Shown here: one piece after another, positions 1 through 8,691 of the stretch | How positions within the stretch are numbered: the first letter of the stretch is position 1 | Layout of the letters: each line of letters starts with the position of its first letter | Source: Candidatus Parcubacteria bacterium | GTDB taxonomy: Bacteria > Patescibacteriota > Patescibacteriia > Patescibacteriales > UBA12465 | Length of the DNA stretch: 64,000 nucleotides | Assembly: GCA_023444045.1 (NCBI GenBank) | Contig: JAEZRQ010000005.1 | Location: 37,726-101,725, forward strand | Reading direction: 5' to 3' | Program-made: the position numbers and the translations under genes | Notes under the pieces: model-generated | The model's input: only the letters and a program-made list of their open reading frames with translations | The model's database searches: none | What the model was told of the DNA's origin: nothing

Positions 1-635
1 GTATCACCAGGGCCATCTTTAAGTCTAAAAACGCAAACTGCACCACCCATCACATGTCCAGAGGCATAAAATTTTACAGCCACATCTTTACTTAAATGAA
101 TCCATTGATGATATGGATAGCCACCATTTTTAATTAAATCTGTTGTTGGAGCTACATCATCTGAAGTATAAAGTGGTTCTATACTTTCTTTTCTTTTTGT
201 TTTTCTACGACGATCATAGGCGCCACGAGTTAAACGATCAGACTTTCCTCCAGATACCTCTTTTTTGCTTTTTTTATTAAGATAAAGAGCTTCGGCAACT
301 TGAATCTTAGCACTATCTTCCAGCATTATCTTAAGTAGTGAAGCTGTGCCTTCAGTGCAAATTATCCGACCAGTAAAACCGTTTTTAACTAATAATGGTA
401 AACGGCCGATATGATCGATATGTGAGTGGGTAAGGATAATATAATCAATCTGACTTGGGTCAATTTGATTTAATATTTCCTTATTTTTTTCTAACGAGTC
501 ATTAAAATTACACTGAATAAGACCCGCATCAATTAAAACATTAAGCCTTTTTTTGCCGTGATAAGCTCGTAACAGATACGAAGAACCTGTTATTTCGTTT
601 ACCAAACCGCCTAAAAATTTTAGCTTGGCTTTCAT
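1..635 (-). CDS. MBL-fold beta-CASP-type hydrolase/ribonuclease, N-terminal part (3' end runs off the window)
   Basis: Own minus-strand translation from ATG 635-633: MKAKLKFLGGLVNEITGSSYLLRAYHGKKRLNVLIDAGL...YIILTHSHIDHIGRLP (HxHxDH metal motif). N-terminal layout resembles TTHA0252/RNase J-class beta-CASP enzymes. AAGGAGGT SD lies just upstream. Absent from the ORF track because it is truncated. Confidence 0.75.
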   Translation of the reverse strand, partial: MKAKLKFLGGLVNEITGSSYLLRAYHGKKRLNVLIDAGLIQCNFNDSLEKNKEILNQIDPSQIDYIILTHSHIDHIGRLPLLVKNGFTGRIICTEGTASLLKIMLEDSAKIQVAEALYLNKKSKKEVSGGKSDRLTRGAYDRRRKTKRKESIEPLYTSDDVAPTTDLIKNGGYPYHQWIHLSKDVAVKFYASGHVMGGAVCVFRLKDGPGD

Positions 636-727
636 GTGACCTCCTTTTTTAAATTGTTAATAATACTTATATCCACTCTTACATTATTAAACTAAAGACT
701 CTAAAGCACAAGTGGATAATTTAAGAA

Positions 728-767
728 TAAAAAAATAACCCTCTTAAGTCTTAACTTAAAAGGGTTA
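728..767 (-). terminator. Intrinsic terminator downstream of 772..1272
   Basis: Imperfect hairpin TAACCCT-CTTAAG...CTTAAA-AGGGTTA (736-767). On the minus strand it is followed by a T-run (plus-strand A-run 728-735). Confidence 0.65.
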
Positions 768-771
768 TAAT

Positions 772-1272
772 TTAAAAGTTTATTGTAAGTTGGCTCTTGA
801 GGTGATTACCAATAAATATTTCATGAATTTTTATTGGATCAACCGTTCTTAAACCAACCGCTTTTTTAACTAAAGTTATAAAACTTTTTCTCAGTCTCTT
901 CTGTTGAAGAGAAAGCAGAGAAGAAAGTTTTATCGGCAAGAGATAGTCATTGGGATGGTTGATCCGCAAATGACTTTTACAGTCCATATTTTCACAACAC
1001 ACCAGAGTGTCGTAAATATCCTCCGAGTTTAAAAAAAGAAAATATTTGACTGTTTTTGCGCCACACACCGGACATTTTACTTTTGTCTCCGGAATTTTTT
1101 CCATGAGCAAGTCCAGGTGTTCATAAAGAGCATTATTTCCAGTTCGTCCTTTTTCTCTGTAGACAAGTAATCTTGCTACAAAAGAAGGGTCTCTAAAAAT
1201 TACCTCTTCCACTGCTTTGCCCATATATTTTCCACTTTGGAAAATATAAGGCTCTTCATGCGTTGTTGCCAT
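772..1272 (-). CDS. Hypothetical Zn-ribbon protein (N-terminal FxxGKYxGK motif, CPVCG...CCENMDC cysteines)
   Basis: 166-aa ORF with a strong SD (AAGGAGGT 7 nt before ATG) and its own promoter and terminator. The N-terminal FQSGKYMGKAVEEV...DPSFVARLL recalls DUF3820-like motifs from memory only. Confidence 0.7.
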   Translation of the reverse strand: MATTHEEPYIFQSGKYMGKAVEEVIFRDPSFVARLLVYREKGRTGNNALYEHLDLLMEKIPETKVKCPVCGAKTVKYFLFLNSEDIYDTLVCCENMDCKSHLRINHPNDYLLPIKLSSLLSLQQKRLRKSFITLVKKAVGLRTVDPIKIHEIFIGNHLKSQLTINF

Positions 1273-1302
1273 TTTTTACCTCCTTTTTAAGTTTCTGGGC
1301 TA

Positions 1303-1331
1303 ATTATAATATATTTTAGTAAATTAGTCAA
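1303..1331 (-). promoter_or_regulatory. Sigma70-type promoter for 772..1272
   Basis: Minus strand reads TTGACT (1331-1326), a 17-nt spacer, then TATAAT (1308-1303). Confidence 0.6.
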
Positions 1332-1401
1332 CTTGTAAAGATATTTAAAAACCCTTAATTTTACTTAAGGGCTTTTAAGCAAATAAAAACATTTTTTTAG
1401 A

Positions 1402-1560
1402 CTACTTCGGATTCCTAGAAGTAGTGTTAAAAAATAAACTGGAATCTTGATTAGCTAGAACCCAATCGTTTTGACAGTCCGAAGTTAACCCAGAAACAAA
1501 CAGATTATAATAAAGATTAGCAAAACTGGATCTAGCTTTTTGTAAATTATTGTTTTTCAT
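1402..1560 (-). CDS. Possible 52-aa small protein (weak)
   Basis: Own translation: MKNNNLQKARSSFANLYYNLFVSGLTSDCQNDWVLANQDSSLFFNTTSRNPK. A hairpin CCCTTAA/TTAAGGG (1352-1371) with a minus-strand T-run lies downstream. No SD or clear promoter. Confidence 0.2.
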   Translation of the reverse strand: MKNNNLQKARSSFANLYYNLFVSGLTSDCQNDWVLANQDSSLFFNTTSRNPK

Positions 1561-1678
1561 ATTAAAAACATTTTACCTATAATAATACGAAAAATAGCTA
1601 TTTATGTTACACTTTTTGTCAGGGTCGCGAAACTATAAAAATTGCGTTATAATCTAGGTATTAAAATTATTAAAAAAT

Positions 1679-2854
1679 ATGTCTAAAAATTATTTAATTG
1701 TTAACACTGGTAGTGCTTCTAAAAAGTATGCTTTTTATCAAGATAGAGAGAAGGTCTTTACCGCTCACTTTGAAATGGAAGAGAGGAACTACATTGTTAG
1801 CGAAAACTATCAAGGGGAAGTGAATAAGAAAATTCTAAATAAAGAAGAGTATATAGAAGCAGTGGGGGTGGTAATTGCCTCTCTGATAGAAAATAAGATT
1901 ATCGGCTCTCAAACTGAGATCCATTTAGCGGGTGTGAGAATTGTCGCTCCTGGTGAATATTTTTTAACTAATCGTCTAATTGATGAAGAGTATCTGAAGA
2001 TGGCGGAAGCTGCTTTGCAAAAAGTGCCACTCCATTTAGGTCCCGCCTTAGAAGAAATTAAAAACTTAAAGAAATTTTTAGGTAATGATTTTAAAATAGT
2101 TGGTGTCTCTGATACCACTTTTCATGCCACCATCCCAGAAGAAGCTAAATTTTACGCCATCCCTAATAAAGATAGTCGGGAATTGGGTCTTTACCGTTTT
2201 GGTTATCATGGCATTTCAGTTCAATCAGTCACTAAAAGAGCCTCTAAAATGCTTGGCGGGTTACCAGAAAAAACTATTGTTTGTCACTTGGGCGGAGGCG
2301 CCAGTGTAACAGCCGTAAAAAATGGTCAGAGTCTTGATACCTCTATGGGCTTTACTCCTCTTGAAGGCTTAATTATGGCTACTAGAGTGGGCGATATTGA
2401 CCCAGGGGCCGTCTTATACCTTTCTGAAAAATTAAATAAAGATTTTAAGGAACTGGAGAATTATTTTAATAATGAATGTGGTCTACTGGGACTATCTGGT
2501 AAAAGTTCTGATATTAGAGAGTTAATAGAATACGAAAAAAATGGTGACCATGATGCCACTTTAGCGCTAACTATTTACGTTAACCGCATCAAACAATATA
2601 TCGGCCGTATGGCGGCGATGCTGGGCGGAGTTGATTTATTAATTTTAGCCGGAACGGTTGGTGAGAGGTCTAATATTATCAGAGGAAGAATTTGTCAAAA
2701 TTTAAATTTCTTAGGAATTGAGCTGGATGAAGAGTTAAATAATACTTTAATTGGAATAGAAGCTGAACTTAATAAAAAAGAAGCAAGGACAAAAATCCTG
2801 GTTATAAAAACAGATGAAACCGAAGAAATCGCTCAAATAACTTATAATCTATAA
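1679..2854 (+). CDS. ackA: Acetate kinase
   Basis: 391 aa. N-terminal LIVNTGSASKKYAFY (ASKHA phosphate-1 motif) and GFTPLEGLIMATRVGDIDPGA are typical of acetate/propionate kinases. Confidence 0.9.
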   Translation: MSKNYLIVNTGSASKKYAFYQDREKVFTAHFEMEERNYIVSENYQGEVNKKILNKEEYIEAVGVVIASLIENKIIGSQTEIHLAGVRIVAPGEYFLTNRLIDEEYLKMAEAALQKVPLHLGPALEEIKNLKKFLGNDFKIVGVSDTTFHATIPEEAKFYAIPNKDSRELGLYRFGYHGISVQSVTKRASKMLGGLPEKTIVCHLGGGASVTAVKNGQSLDTSMGFTPLEGLIMATRVGDIDPGAVLYLSEKLNKDFKELENYFNNECGLLGLSGKSSDIRELIEYEKNGDHDATLALTIYVNRIKQYIGRMAAMLGGVDLLILAGTVGERSNIIRGRICQNLNFLGIELDEELNNTLIGIEAELNKKEARTKILVIKTDETEEIAQITYNL

Positions 2855-2861
2855 ATAAAAA

Positions 2862-2888
2862 AACCGGCTTCTAAGAGTCGGTTTTTTA
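2862..2888. terminator. Bidirectional hairpin terminator between ackA and the pilin-like gene
   Basis: AAAAAAACCGGCTTCTAAGAGTCGGTTTTTT: an ACCG/CGGT-based stem flanked by an A-run and a T-run. Confidence 0.6.
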
Positions 2889-2902
2889 AAATAGTAAAAT
2901 TA

Positions 2903-3406
2903 TTAATGCAAAATCAAATAGTAATTCCAAGCCCCAGTTTGATTAGAGCTTAAGATAATATCATCTAAATCAGTATTTTCTCTTTCGGTGGTAAATTTAA
3001 TTACACTTTGTCCAAAAAAATTAATAGCAAAATGACTGCTATCAGGATCACCATAATAATCCAAAAGTTCAGCATCTAAATTTTTAAAATAGCAGTATTT
3101 GTAAGGATCTTTAGAAATTGGGTCCTTGGGAATATTTTCCATATACCCAGCCAGGGCCGGTTTAAGACAGGTATCCCAGGTAACTTCATCCTGACAAGTG
3201 TTGCAATCAGGATAGGCCCCATGATCATCGCGGTAATAATCTAAAGCCATCGCCATCTGCTTAACATCAACCAATCTAATTCCGTCTCTAGAGTTAGCCC
3301 TAAAAATTTTAATTGAAATTGTGATTGTAGTCGCTAAAATACCAATAACAGCAATCACCACCAAGAGCTCAATTAAAGTAAACCCTTTTTTTCTAAATAA
3401 ATTCAT
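2903..3406 (-). CDS. Type IV pilin / pseudopilin-like protein with prepilin N-terminal methylation motif
   Basis: MNLFRKKG|FTLIELLVVIAVIGILA is a classic prepilin peptidase cleavage/methylation site followed by a hydrophobic helix. Confidence 0.85.
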   Translation of the reverse strand: MNLFRKKGFTLIELLVVIAVIGILATTITISIKIFRANSRDGIRLVDVKQMAMALDYYRDDHGAYPDCNTCQDEVTWDTCLKPALAGYMENIPKDPISKDPYKYCYFKNLDAELLDYYGDPDSSHFAINFFGQSVIKFTTERENTDLDDIILSSNQTGAWNYYLILH

Positions 3407-3457
3407 AATATTTAAATTACTCTTTTATTATATCTTTTAAGAATTAATAAGGCAAAC

Positions 3458-3586
3458 AAAAAAAGAGGGCACCGTCGTTGTGACTTTGCCCTCATAATTA
3501 CTTTGCTTGCACCGGAGGGTGCAGCATCCAGTCTGGCACGTAGCCAGACAAATCGTGTGTTTCTCTCATTATTTTTTAGTTTTAGC
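3458..3586 (-). ncRNA. Candidate structured RNA (standalone sRNA or riboswitch-like leader) ending in an intrinsic terminator upstream of the pilin-like gene
   Basis: Lies downstream of the consensus promoter at 3593-3621. Three hairpins on the minus strand: GTCTGGC/GCCAGAC (3531-3549), GCACC/GGTGC (3509-3522) and GAGGGCA/TGCCCTC (3465-3493). The last is followed by a 7-nt T-run (plus-strand A-run 3458-3464). No ORF. Class unknown. Confidence 0.4.
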
Positions 3587-3592
3587 CCATTA

Positions 3593-3621
3593 ATAATATA
3601 CTAGATTAAATAAGGTGTCAA
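3593..3621 (-). promoter_or_regulatory. Sigma70-type promoter driving the structured RNA / pilin leader
   Basis: Minus strand reads TTGACA (3621-3616), a 17-nt spacer, then TATTAT (3598-3593). Confidence 0.6.
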
Positions 3622-3697
3622 GTCTTTTTAAGAAAGCTATTTTTAATTTTTAAAACTTAACGTATAATCTAGATGTAAAAAAATAATCTTAAAAACT

Positions 3698-4744
3698 ATG
3701 GCGAGAATTATTGGTAAGGGCTACTCTTTTGATGATCTCTTAATTGTTCCTAAATATAACAAGATTCCTTCCAGAAAAGACGTTAACTTTAAAACTAAAG
3801 TAACTAAAAACTATTCACTAGACATCCCAATTATTGCCGCTAACATGGATACTGTTTGCGAAAGCGCAATGGCCATTGCAATTGGACGTTTGGGCGGACT
3901 AGGGGTAATTCATCGTTTTCTAAGCACCGCTGAGCAAGCAGGTGAAGTTAAAAAAGTTAAAGACCAAGGCTTAATTGCGGCCGCTGCTATTGGCGTTAAA
4001 GATTACGAAGATAGAGCCAAAGCTTTAACTTCAGCCGGAGTTAATATTTTAGTTCTTGATGTGGCTCATGGCCACGCTAAAAGAACTGATACCGTCCTTG
4101 ATTACTTAAAAACCAACTACCCACAAATAGACGTTATGGTCGGTAACATTGCCACCAAAGATGCAGCTGAACATTTTATTAACAAAGGAGCAGATGGTTT
4201 AAAAGTTGGTATTGGCCCAGGCTCAATGTGCAGCACTAGAATTATGGCTGGAGCCGGCGTACCACAAATTACCGCTATTATGGACGCCTACGAAGCCAGC
4301 CAGGGCCGAGTTCCAATCTGCGCTGATGGCGGTATTAAACAACCAGGGGACTTAACTAAGGCAATTGGCGCCGGAGCTGATACTATCATGAGTGGATCAC
4401 TTTTTGCTGGAACACTAGAAACTCCAGGCGAGGTAATAGTTAAAAATAATCAAAAGTTTAAGGAATACCGTGGCATGGCTAGTTATGCAGCCACAATCAA
4501 AAAAATGGCTCTAGACGGTCAGAAAGTAGATGAGGTGGTTCATGTTGAGGGTGAGATGACCCTATTACCTTACAAAGGAGAACTTGAGCCAATTGTTAGA
4601 AAATTGCTTGGCGGTTTAGCTTCGGGCATGACTTATGTTGGCGCTCAAACCATTGAGGCTTTAAAAGGCAAGGCTGATTTTATTGAAATTAGCGCGGCCG
4701 GCTTTAAGGAAAGCATTCCTCACGGGATGATAGAAAATGTCTAA
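3698..4744 (+). CDS. IMP dehydrogenase / GMP reductase family protein (no CBS pair, GuaC-like size)
   Basis: 348 aa. [17 protein letters not shown] and [24 protein letters not shown] (catalytic Cys loop) are typical of the IMPDH/GMPR TIM barrel. Length matches GMP reductase or a CBS-less IMPDH. Confidence 0.85.
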   Translation: MARIIGKGYSFDDLLIVPKYNKIPSRKDVNFKTKVTKNYSLDIPIIAANMDTVCESAMAIAIGRLGGLGVIHRFLSTAEQAGEVKKVKDQGLIAAAAIGVKDYEDRAKALTSAGVNILVLDVAHGHAKRTDTVLDYLKTNYPQIDVMVGNIATKDAAEHFINKGADGLKVGIGPGSMCSTRIMAGAGVPQITAIMDAYEASQGRVPICADGGIKQPGDLTKAIGAGADTIMSGSLFAGTLETPGEVIVKNNQKFKEYRGMASYAATIKKMALDGQKVDEVVHVEGEMTLLPYKGELEPIVRKLLGGLASGMTYVGAQTIEALKGKADFIEISAAGFKESIPHGMIENV

Positions 4745-4745
4745 C

Positions 4746-4776
4746 AAAAAACTCCCGGATTCAACCGGGAGTTTTT
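4746..4776. terminator. Bidirectional terminator between the IMPDH/GMPR gene and csp
   Basis: AAAAAACTCCCGGATTCAACCGGGAGTTTTT: 7-bp GC-rich stem CTCCCGG/CCGGGAG (4753-4771) with an A-run and a T-run. Confidence 0.8.
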
Positions 4777-4789
4777 ATAAAAAGAAATA

Positions 4790-4987
4790 TTAAACGCGTT
4801 CTACATTAATTGCATTCATTCCTTTTGGGGATTGTTCAGCCTCAAAAGTAACATGGTCGCCTTCTTGAATTTCATCAAAACTAACATTAACTAAAGAATT
4901 TGAATGAAAAAATAAGTCTTTATCTTGACCTTCAGGAGCAATGAAACCAAAACCCTTGTCAGTCTTCTTCTTGATAATACCTTGCAT
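4790..4987 (-). CDS. csp: Cold-shock domain protein
   Basis: 65 aa. KGFGFI (RNP1) and DLFFH (RNP2-like) motifs of the CspA family. Confidence 0.9.
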   Translation of the reverse strand: MQGIIKKKTDKGFGFIAPEGQDKDLFFHSNSLVNVSFDEIQEGDHVTFEAEQSPKGMNAINVERV

Positions 4988-5209
4988 AGTTTTTATACTA
5001 ATTGTTTATTTTCGTAAATTTAAAAATTTTTGTGAAACTCGACGACTTTTCTAAAATAATTACTACTTAAGTATAATATATTTTTTTAAAAAAGTCAAAT
5101 TATAAAAATATTTAAGTCCAAGAACTATTTTAAATAATTAATATTGCCAAATTGCTGTGATTCTGCTATTCTTAGCAGGTCAATTAATAAATTTTAATAT
5201 ATTTCTTAC

Positions 5210-6664
5210 ATGGCGGAACAAGTAATTTTAAGATTTGATAATGTTACTTTTGAGTATCTTCATAAAAAACCCATTCTTGATGAGGCTTCTTTTAGTGTTA
5301 GAACCGGTGCTAAAATCACTCTAATGGGTCAAAATGGGGCTGGCAAAAGTACTATCTTTGATTTAATACAGGGCAAGATAAAACCAAAAGAAGGCCAAAT
5401 TTCTATTACCAACGGCGCTAGTATTGGCACGGCTGCCCAAACAGTTAGTCGGTCTGATTTTGATTTAAATATTGAAGAGTATCTAGCTAGGGCTTTTTCA
5501 CCAGTGCCACCGAATTTGCGTAGCCATATTGCTAAAGTTTTGACGGCCGTTAATATGGAAATTCCGCTTGATAGAAAAGTGGGCAATTTATCTGGAGGAC
5601 AACAAGCTCGTTTACTTCTGGCATATGCCCTAATCTCTAATCCGGATATTTTACTACTTGACGAGCCCACTAATAATTTAGACAAAGAGGGAATTGATCA
5701 TCTATTAGAATTCTTGATTATGTATGACAAAACTGTAATTGTTATTTCCCATGATGCTGATTTCTTAAATTGTTTTACAGAGGGTGTTATCTATTTAGAT
5801 GTGCACACCCATAAAACAGAGACATATGTTGGCGACTATTATTCTGTGGTTGAAGAAATTTCTAGAAGGATTGAAAGGGAGCAGATGAAAAATGCTCAAC
5901 TGCAAAAACAAATTCTTGACCGTAAAGAGAAGGTTAACTTTTTTGCTCATAAGGGCGGGAAAATGCGTAAATTAGCTCAAAAAATGCGTGAAGAAACTGA
6001 AGAACTAGAAGAAAACATGGTTGATGTTCGCCGAGAGGATAGAACTATCCGTAAATTTGATATTCCGGTGCAAGAGGATTTATCGGGAGCAATTGTAACT
6101 ATTAAATCAGTAAAAATTATTAAAAACCATGAGCCAATTGTTAAGCCACTAGAAAAAATAATTACTAAAAAAATTCATTTATTAGTTACTGGCCCTAATG
6201 GAATTGGTAAAAGTACTTTTTTAAGAAGTTTAGTGTCTGGTGAATCTGAGGGGGCAGAAATTGCTAAAAATGTTAAAGTTGGCTACTACAGTCAAGACTT
6301 TGCCACCTTAGATTTTAATGACACCGTTTTTGACTGCTTACTTAAAGCCATGCCTGATCGTGATGATGTACCAACTATGCGCTCTATTGCAGCCGGATTT
6401 TTAATTACTGGTGATTTAATGGGGCACCGCGTAGGCGACTTGTCTGAAGGACAAAAAGGTTTATTATCACTGGCTCGTTTGGTACTGATGAGACCAGGGC
6501 TCCTAATTTTAGATGAGCCAACTAATCATATTAATTTCCGTCACCTACCAGTGATGGCTGAAGCTTTTAATGATTACGAAGGTCCGATGATTATCGTCAG
6601 TCACATGGACGAGTTTGTTCAATCTCTAAGAATTGATGATTATCTGGAATTAGGGAAGTTATAA
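5210..6664 (+). CDS. ABC-F family ATPase (two ABC domains, no TM domain)
   Basis: Two cassettes: GQNGAGKST / LSGGQQARLLL / LLLDEPTNNLD and GPNGIGKST / LSEGQKGLLSL / LILDEPTNHIN. A charged linker separates them. Confidence 0.85.
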   Translation: MAEQVILRFDNVTFEYLHKKPILDEASFSVRTGAKITLMGQNGAGKSTIFDLIQGKIKPKEGQISITNGASIGTAAQTVSRSDFDLNIEEYLARAFSPVPPNLRSHIAKVLTAVNMEIPLDRKVGNLSGGQQARLLLAYALISNPDILLLDEPTNNLDKEGIDHLLEFLIMYDKTVIVISHDADFLNCFTEGVIYLDVHTHKTETYVGDYYSVVEEISRRIEREQMKNAQLQKQILDRKEKVNFFAHKGGKMRKLAQKMREETEELEENMVDVRREDRTIRKFDIPVQEDLSGAIVTIKSVKIIKNHEPIVKPLEKIITKKIHLLVTGPNGIGKSTFLRSLVSGESEGAEIAKNVKVGYYSQDFATLDFNDTVFDCLLKAMPDRDDVPTMRSIAAGFLITGDLMGHRVGDLSEGQKGLLSLARLVLMRPGLLILDEPTNHINFRHLPVMAEAFNDYEGPMIIVSHMDEFVQSLRIDDYLELGKL

Positions 6665-6717
6665 ATTATACTCCAGAAAAAGACCTTTTTAACAGGGTCT
6701 TTTTTATTTCTTCAACT

Positions 6718-6746
6718 TTGACTTTTTACCCTAAAAATAGTAAAAT
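6718..6746 (+). promoter_or_regulatory. Sigma70-type promoter upstream of uvrB
   Basis: TTGACT (6718-6723), a 17-nt spacer, then TAAAAT (6741-6746). Confidence 0.5.
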
Positions 6747-6800
6747 TGACTGACAAATGTTAAGTAAAAAGGCCCGTCCTTTTTATTTTTGTAAGTTATT

Positions 6801-8690
6801 ATGCCTAAATTATTTAAGCTAAAATCAGAATATCAACCAGCTGGTGATCAACCGGAAGCTATTGCCACACTTAAAAGTGGCTTAGATAATAATTTAGATT
6901 TTCAAACTCTACTTGGTGTTACTGGCTCTGGTAAAACTTTTACAGTGGCCAATATTATTAAAGACTTAGATAAACCAGTGCTGGTAATGGCACCAAATAA
7001 AGCTCTCGCTGCTCAACTCTACCGGGAATATAAAAACTTCTTTCCTGACAATGCTGTACACTATTTTGTGTCTTATTACGATTATTACCAACCAGAAGCC
7101 TATCTCCCAATTACCGACACTTATATTGATAAAGAATCAATGATTAATGATGAAATAGATAGACTGCGTCACGGAGCTACTTCAGCGCTTATGAGCCGTC
7201 GTGACGTAATTATTGTGGCTTCAGTTTCTTGTATTTATAACTTAGGTGTACCTGATAATTACTTAGAATCAAAATTACATCTTTCTAAAGGGCAGGAAAT
7301 TGTTCGTTTAGATTTAATTAGACAATTAATTAGAATTCAATTTGAAAGAACTAGTGGCGATATTAAAAGAGGACAATTCAGGGTCAGAGGCGATGTTTTT
7401 GAAATCAGACCAATGTCGGAAAATATTATCTACCGCCTAGAACTTAAAAATCAAAAAATAGAAGCTCTTTCTATTATTGACCATATTACCAGAGAAGCGC
7501 TAGAGGATTTACCAGAGATTGTTATTTTTCCGCCCAAACATTTTGTGTCCTCACAACCTCAAATTGCCAGTGCTCTAAAAAATATCAAAGAAGAATTAGC
7601 TGATCGTTTAGCTTATTTTAGAAGTGAAGGGCTACTACTAGAAGCTGAAAGGCTTGAAAGAAGAACTAAATATGATTTAGAAATGATTCGCAGCCTAGGA
7701 TACTGCCATGGGATTGAAAACTATTCCCGTCATTTATCTGGTAAATTAGCTGGCGATGCCCCCGACTCCTTACTAGCCTATTTTCCTAAAAAAGATGGTA
7801 AACCTGATTTTTTAACTGTGATTGATGAATCTCACATTAGCGTACCTCAAGTCAGGGGAATGTATAATGGTGACCAAGCTCGTAAAAAAACTTTAGTTCA
7901 ATATGGCTGGCGTTTACCGTCAGCTTTAGACAACCGACCACTTAAGTTCAAAGAATTTGAACAGCGCTTAGGACCGGTAATTTTTACCACCGCCACCCCT
8001 GGAGAATATGAGCTCACTCATTCAAAACAGATAGCTGAGCAAGTGATTCGCCCCACCGGCTTAGTTGATCCTGAAATTGAGGTCAGACCGGTATTTAGAA
8101 AAGAAGATGGTTATAGTCAAATTAAAGATATTACTGAAGAGGCTAAAAAATTATCTATAAAAGGAGAGCGAGTAATTATTAATACTCTCACTAAAAAACA
8201 AGCGGAAGATTTAAATGCTTACTTAGGCGGACAGGGAATTAAAAGCAATTACTTGCACTCTGATATTAAAACTTTTGAAAGGACTGATATTTTGAAAGCT
8301 TTCCGCGAAGGTCTCTTTGATGTTTTAATTGGCGTTAACTTATTACGTGAAGGTTTGGATTTACCAGAAGTAACTTTAGTAGCAATTCTTGATGCTGATC
8401 GTGAAGGATTTCTACGCAGCCAAACATCGCTGATGCAAACAATGGGGAGAGCCGCCAGAAATGTTAGTGGTAAGATTATTTTATACGCAGATACAATTAC
8501 TAATTCAATTAAACTAGCGATGACAGAAGTCGCTCGTCGTCGCGAGAAACAATTAGCCTACAACAAAAAACACGGTATCAGTCCTAAAACAGTTATTAAA
8601 CCGATTGAAGACTTTTTGGAAATAAGTGAAGAGGGAAGAGAAAAAATGGCTAAAAACCAAGCTGTCTTAAATAAAAGAAAAAAGAAATAG
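6801..8690 (+). CDS. uvrB: Excinuclease ABC subunit B (compact, no recognisable C-terminal UVR motif)
   Basis: 629 aa. N-terminal FKLKSEYQPAGDQPEAI, Walker A GVTGSGKT, DESH box and helicase motif VI QTMGRAARN. Confidence 0.95.
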   Translation: MPKLFKLKSEYQPAGDQPEAIATLKSGLDNNLDFQTLLGVTGSGKTFTVANIIKDLDKPVLVMAPNKALAAQLYREYKNFFPDNAVHYFVSYYDYYQPEAYLPITDTYIDKESMINDEIDRLRHGATSALMSRRDVIIVASVSCIYNLGVPDNYLESKLHLSKGQEIVRLDLIRQLIRIQFERTSGDIKRGQFRVRGDVFEIRPMSENIIYRLELKNQKIEALSIIDHITREALEDLPEIVIFPPKHFVSSQPQIASALKNIKEELADRLAYFRSEGLLLEAERLERRTKYDLEMIRSLGYCHGIENYSRHLSGKLAGDAPDSLLAYFPKKDGKPDFLTVIDESHISVPQVRGMYNGDQARKKTLVQYGWRLPSALDNRPLKFKEFEQRLGPVIFTTATPGEYELTHSKQIAEQVIRPTGLVDPEIEVRPVFRKEDGYSQIKDITEEAKKLSIKGERVIINTLTKKQAEDLNAYLGGQGIKSNYLHSDIKTFERTDILKAFREGLFDVLIGVNLLREGLDLPEVTLVAILDADREGFLRSQTSLMQTMGRAARNVSGKIILYADTITNSIKLAMTEVARRREKQLAYNKKHGISPKTVIKPIEDFLEISEEGREKMAKNQAVLNKRKKK

Positions 8691-8691
8691 T

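Noticed and set aside
1909-2309. Track ORFs 1909..2118 (-) and 2100..2309 (+) inside ackA
   Set aside because: They lie fully within the well-supported acetate kinase frame. Their sequences are low-complexity and they have no start signals. They are alternative-frame or antisense artefacts.
3509-3522. GCACC-GGAG-GGTGC hairpin followed by AGCA (plus strand), considered as SRP RNA domain IV
   Set aside because: The 5' side lacks the conserved AGG of the symmetric loop. The promoter and terminator polarity indicate minus-strand transcription, and the overall length and helix 5 pairing are absent.
5329-5685. 118-aa antisense ORF inside the ABC-F gene
   Set aside because: It is antisense to a CDS with clear Walker and signature motifs. 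It has no promoter, SD or recognisable motif.
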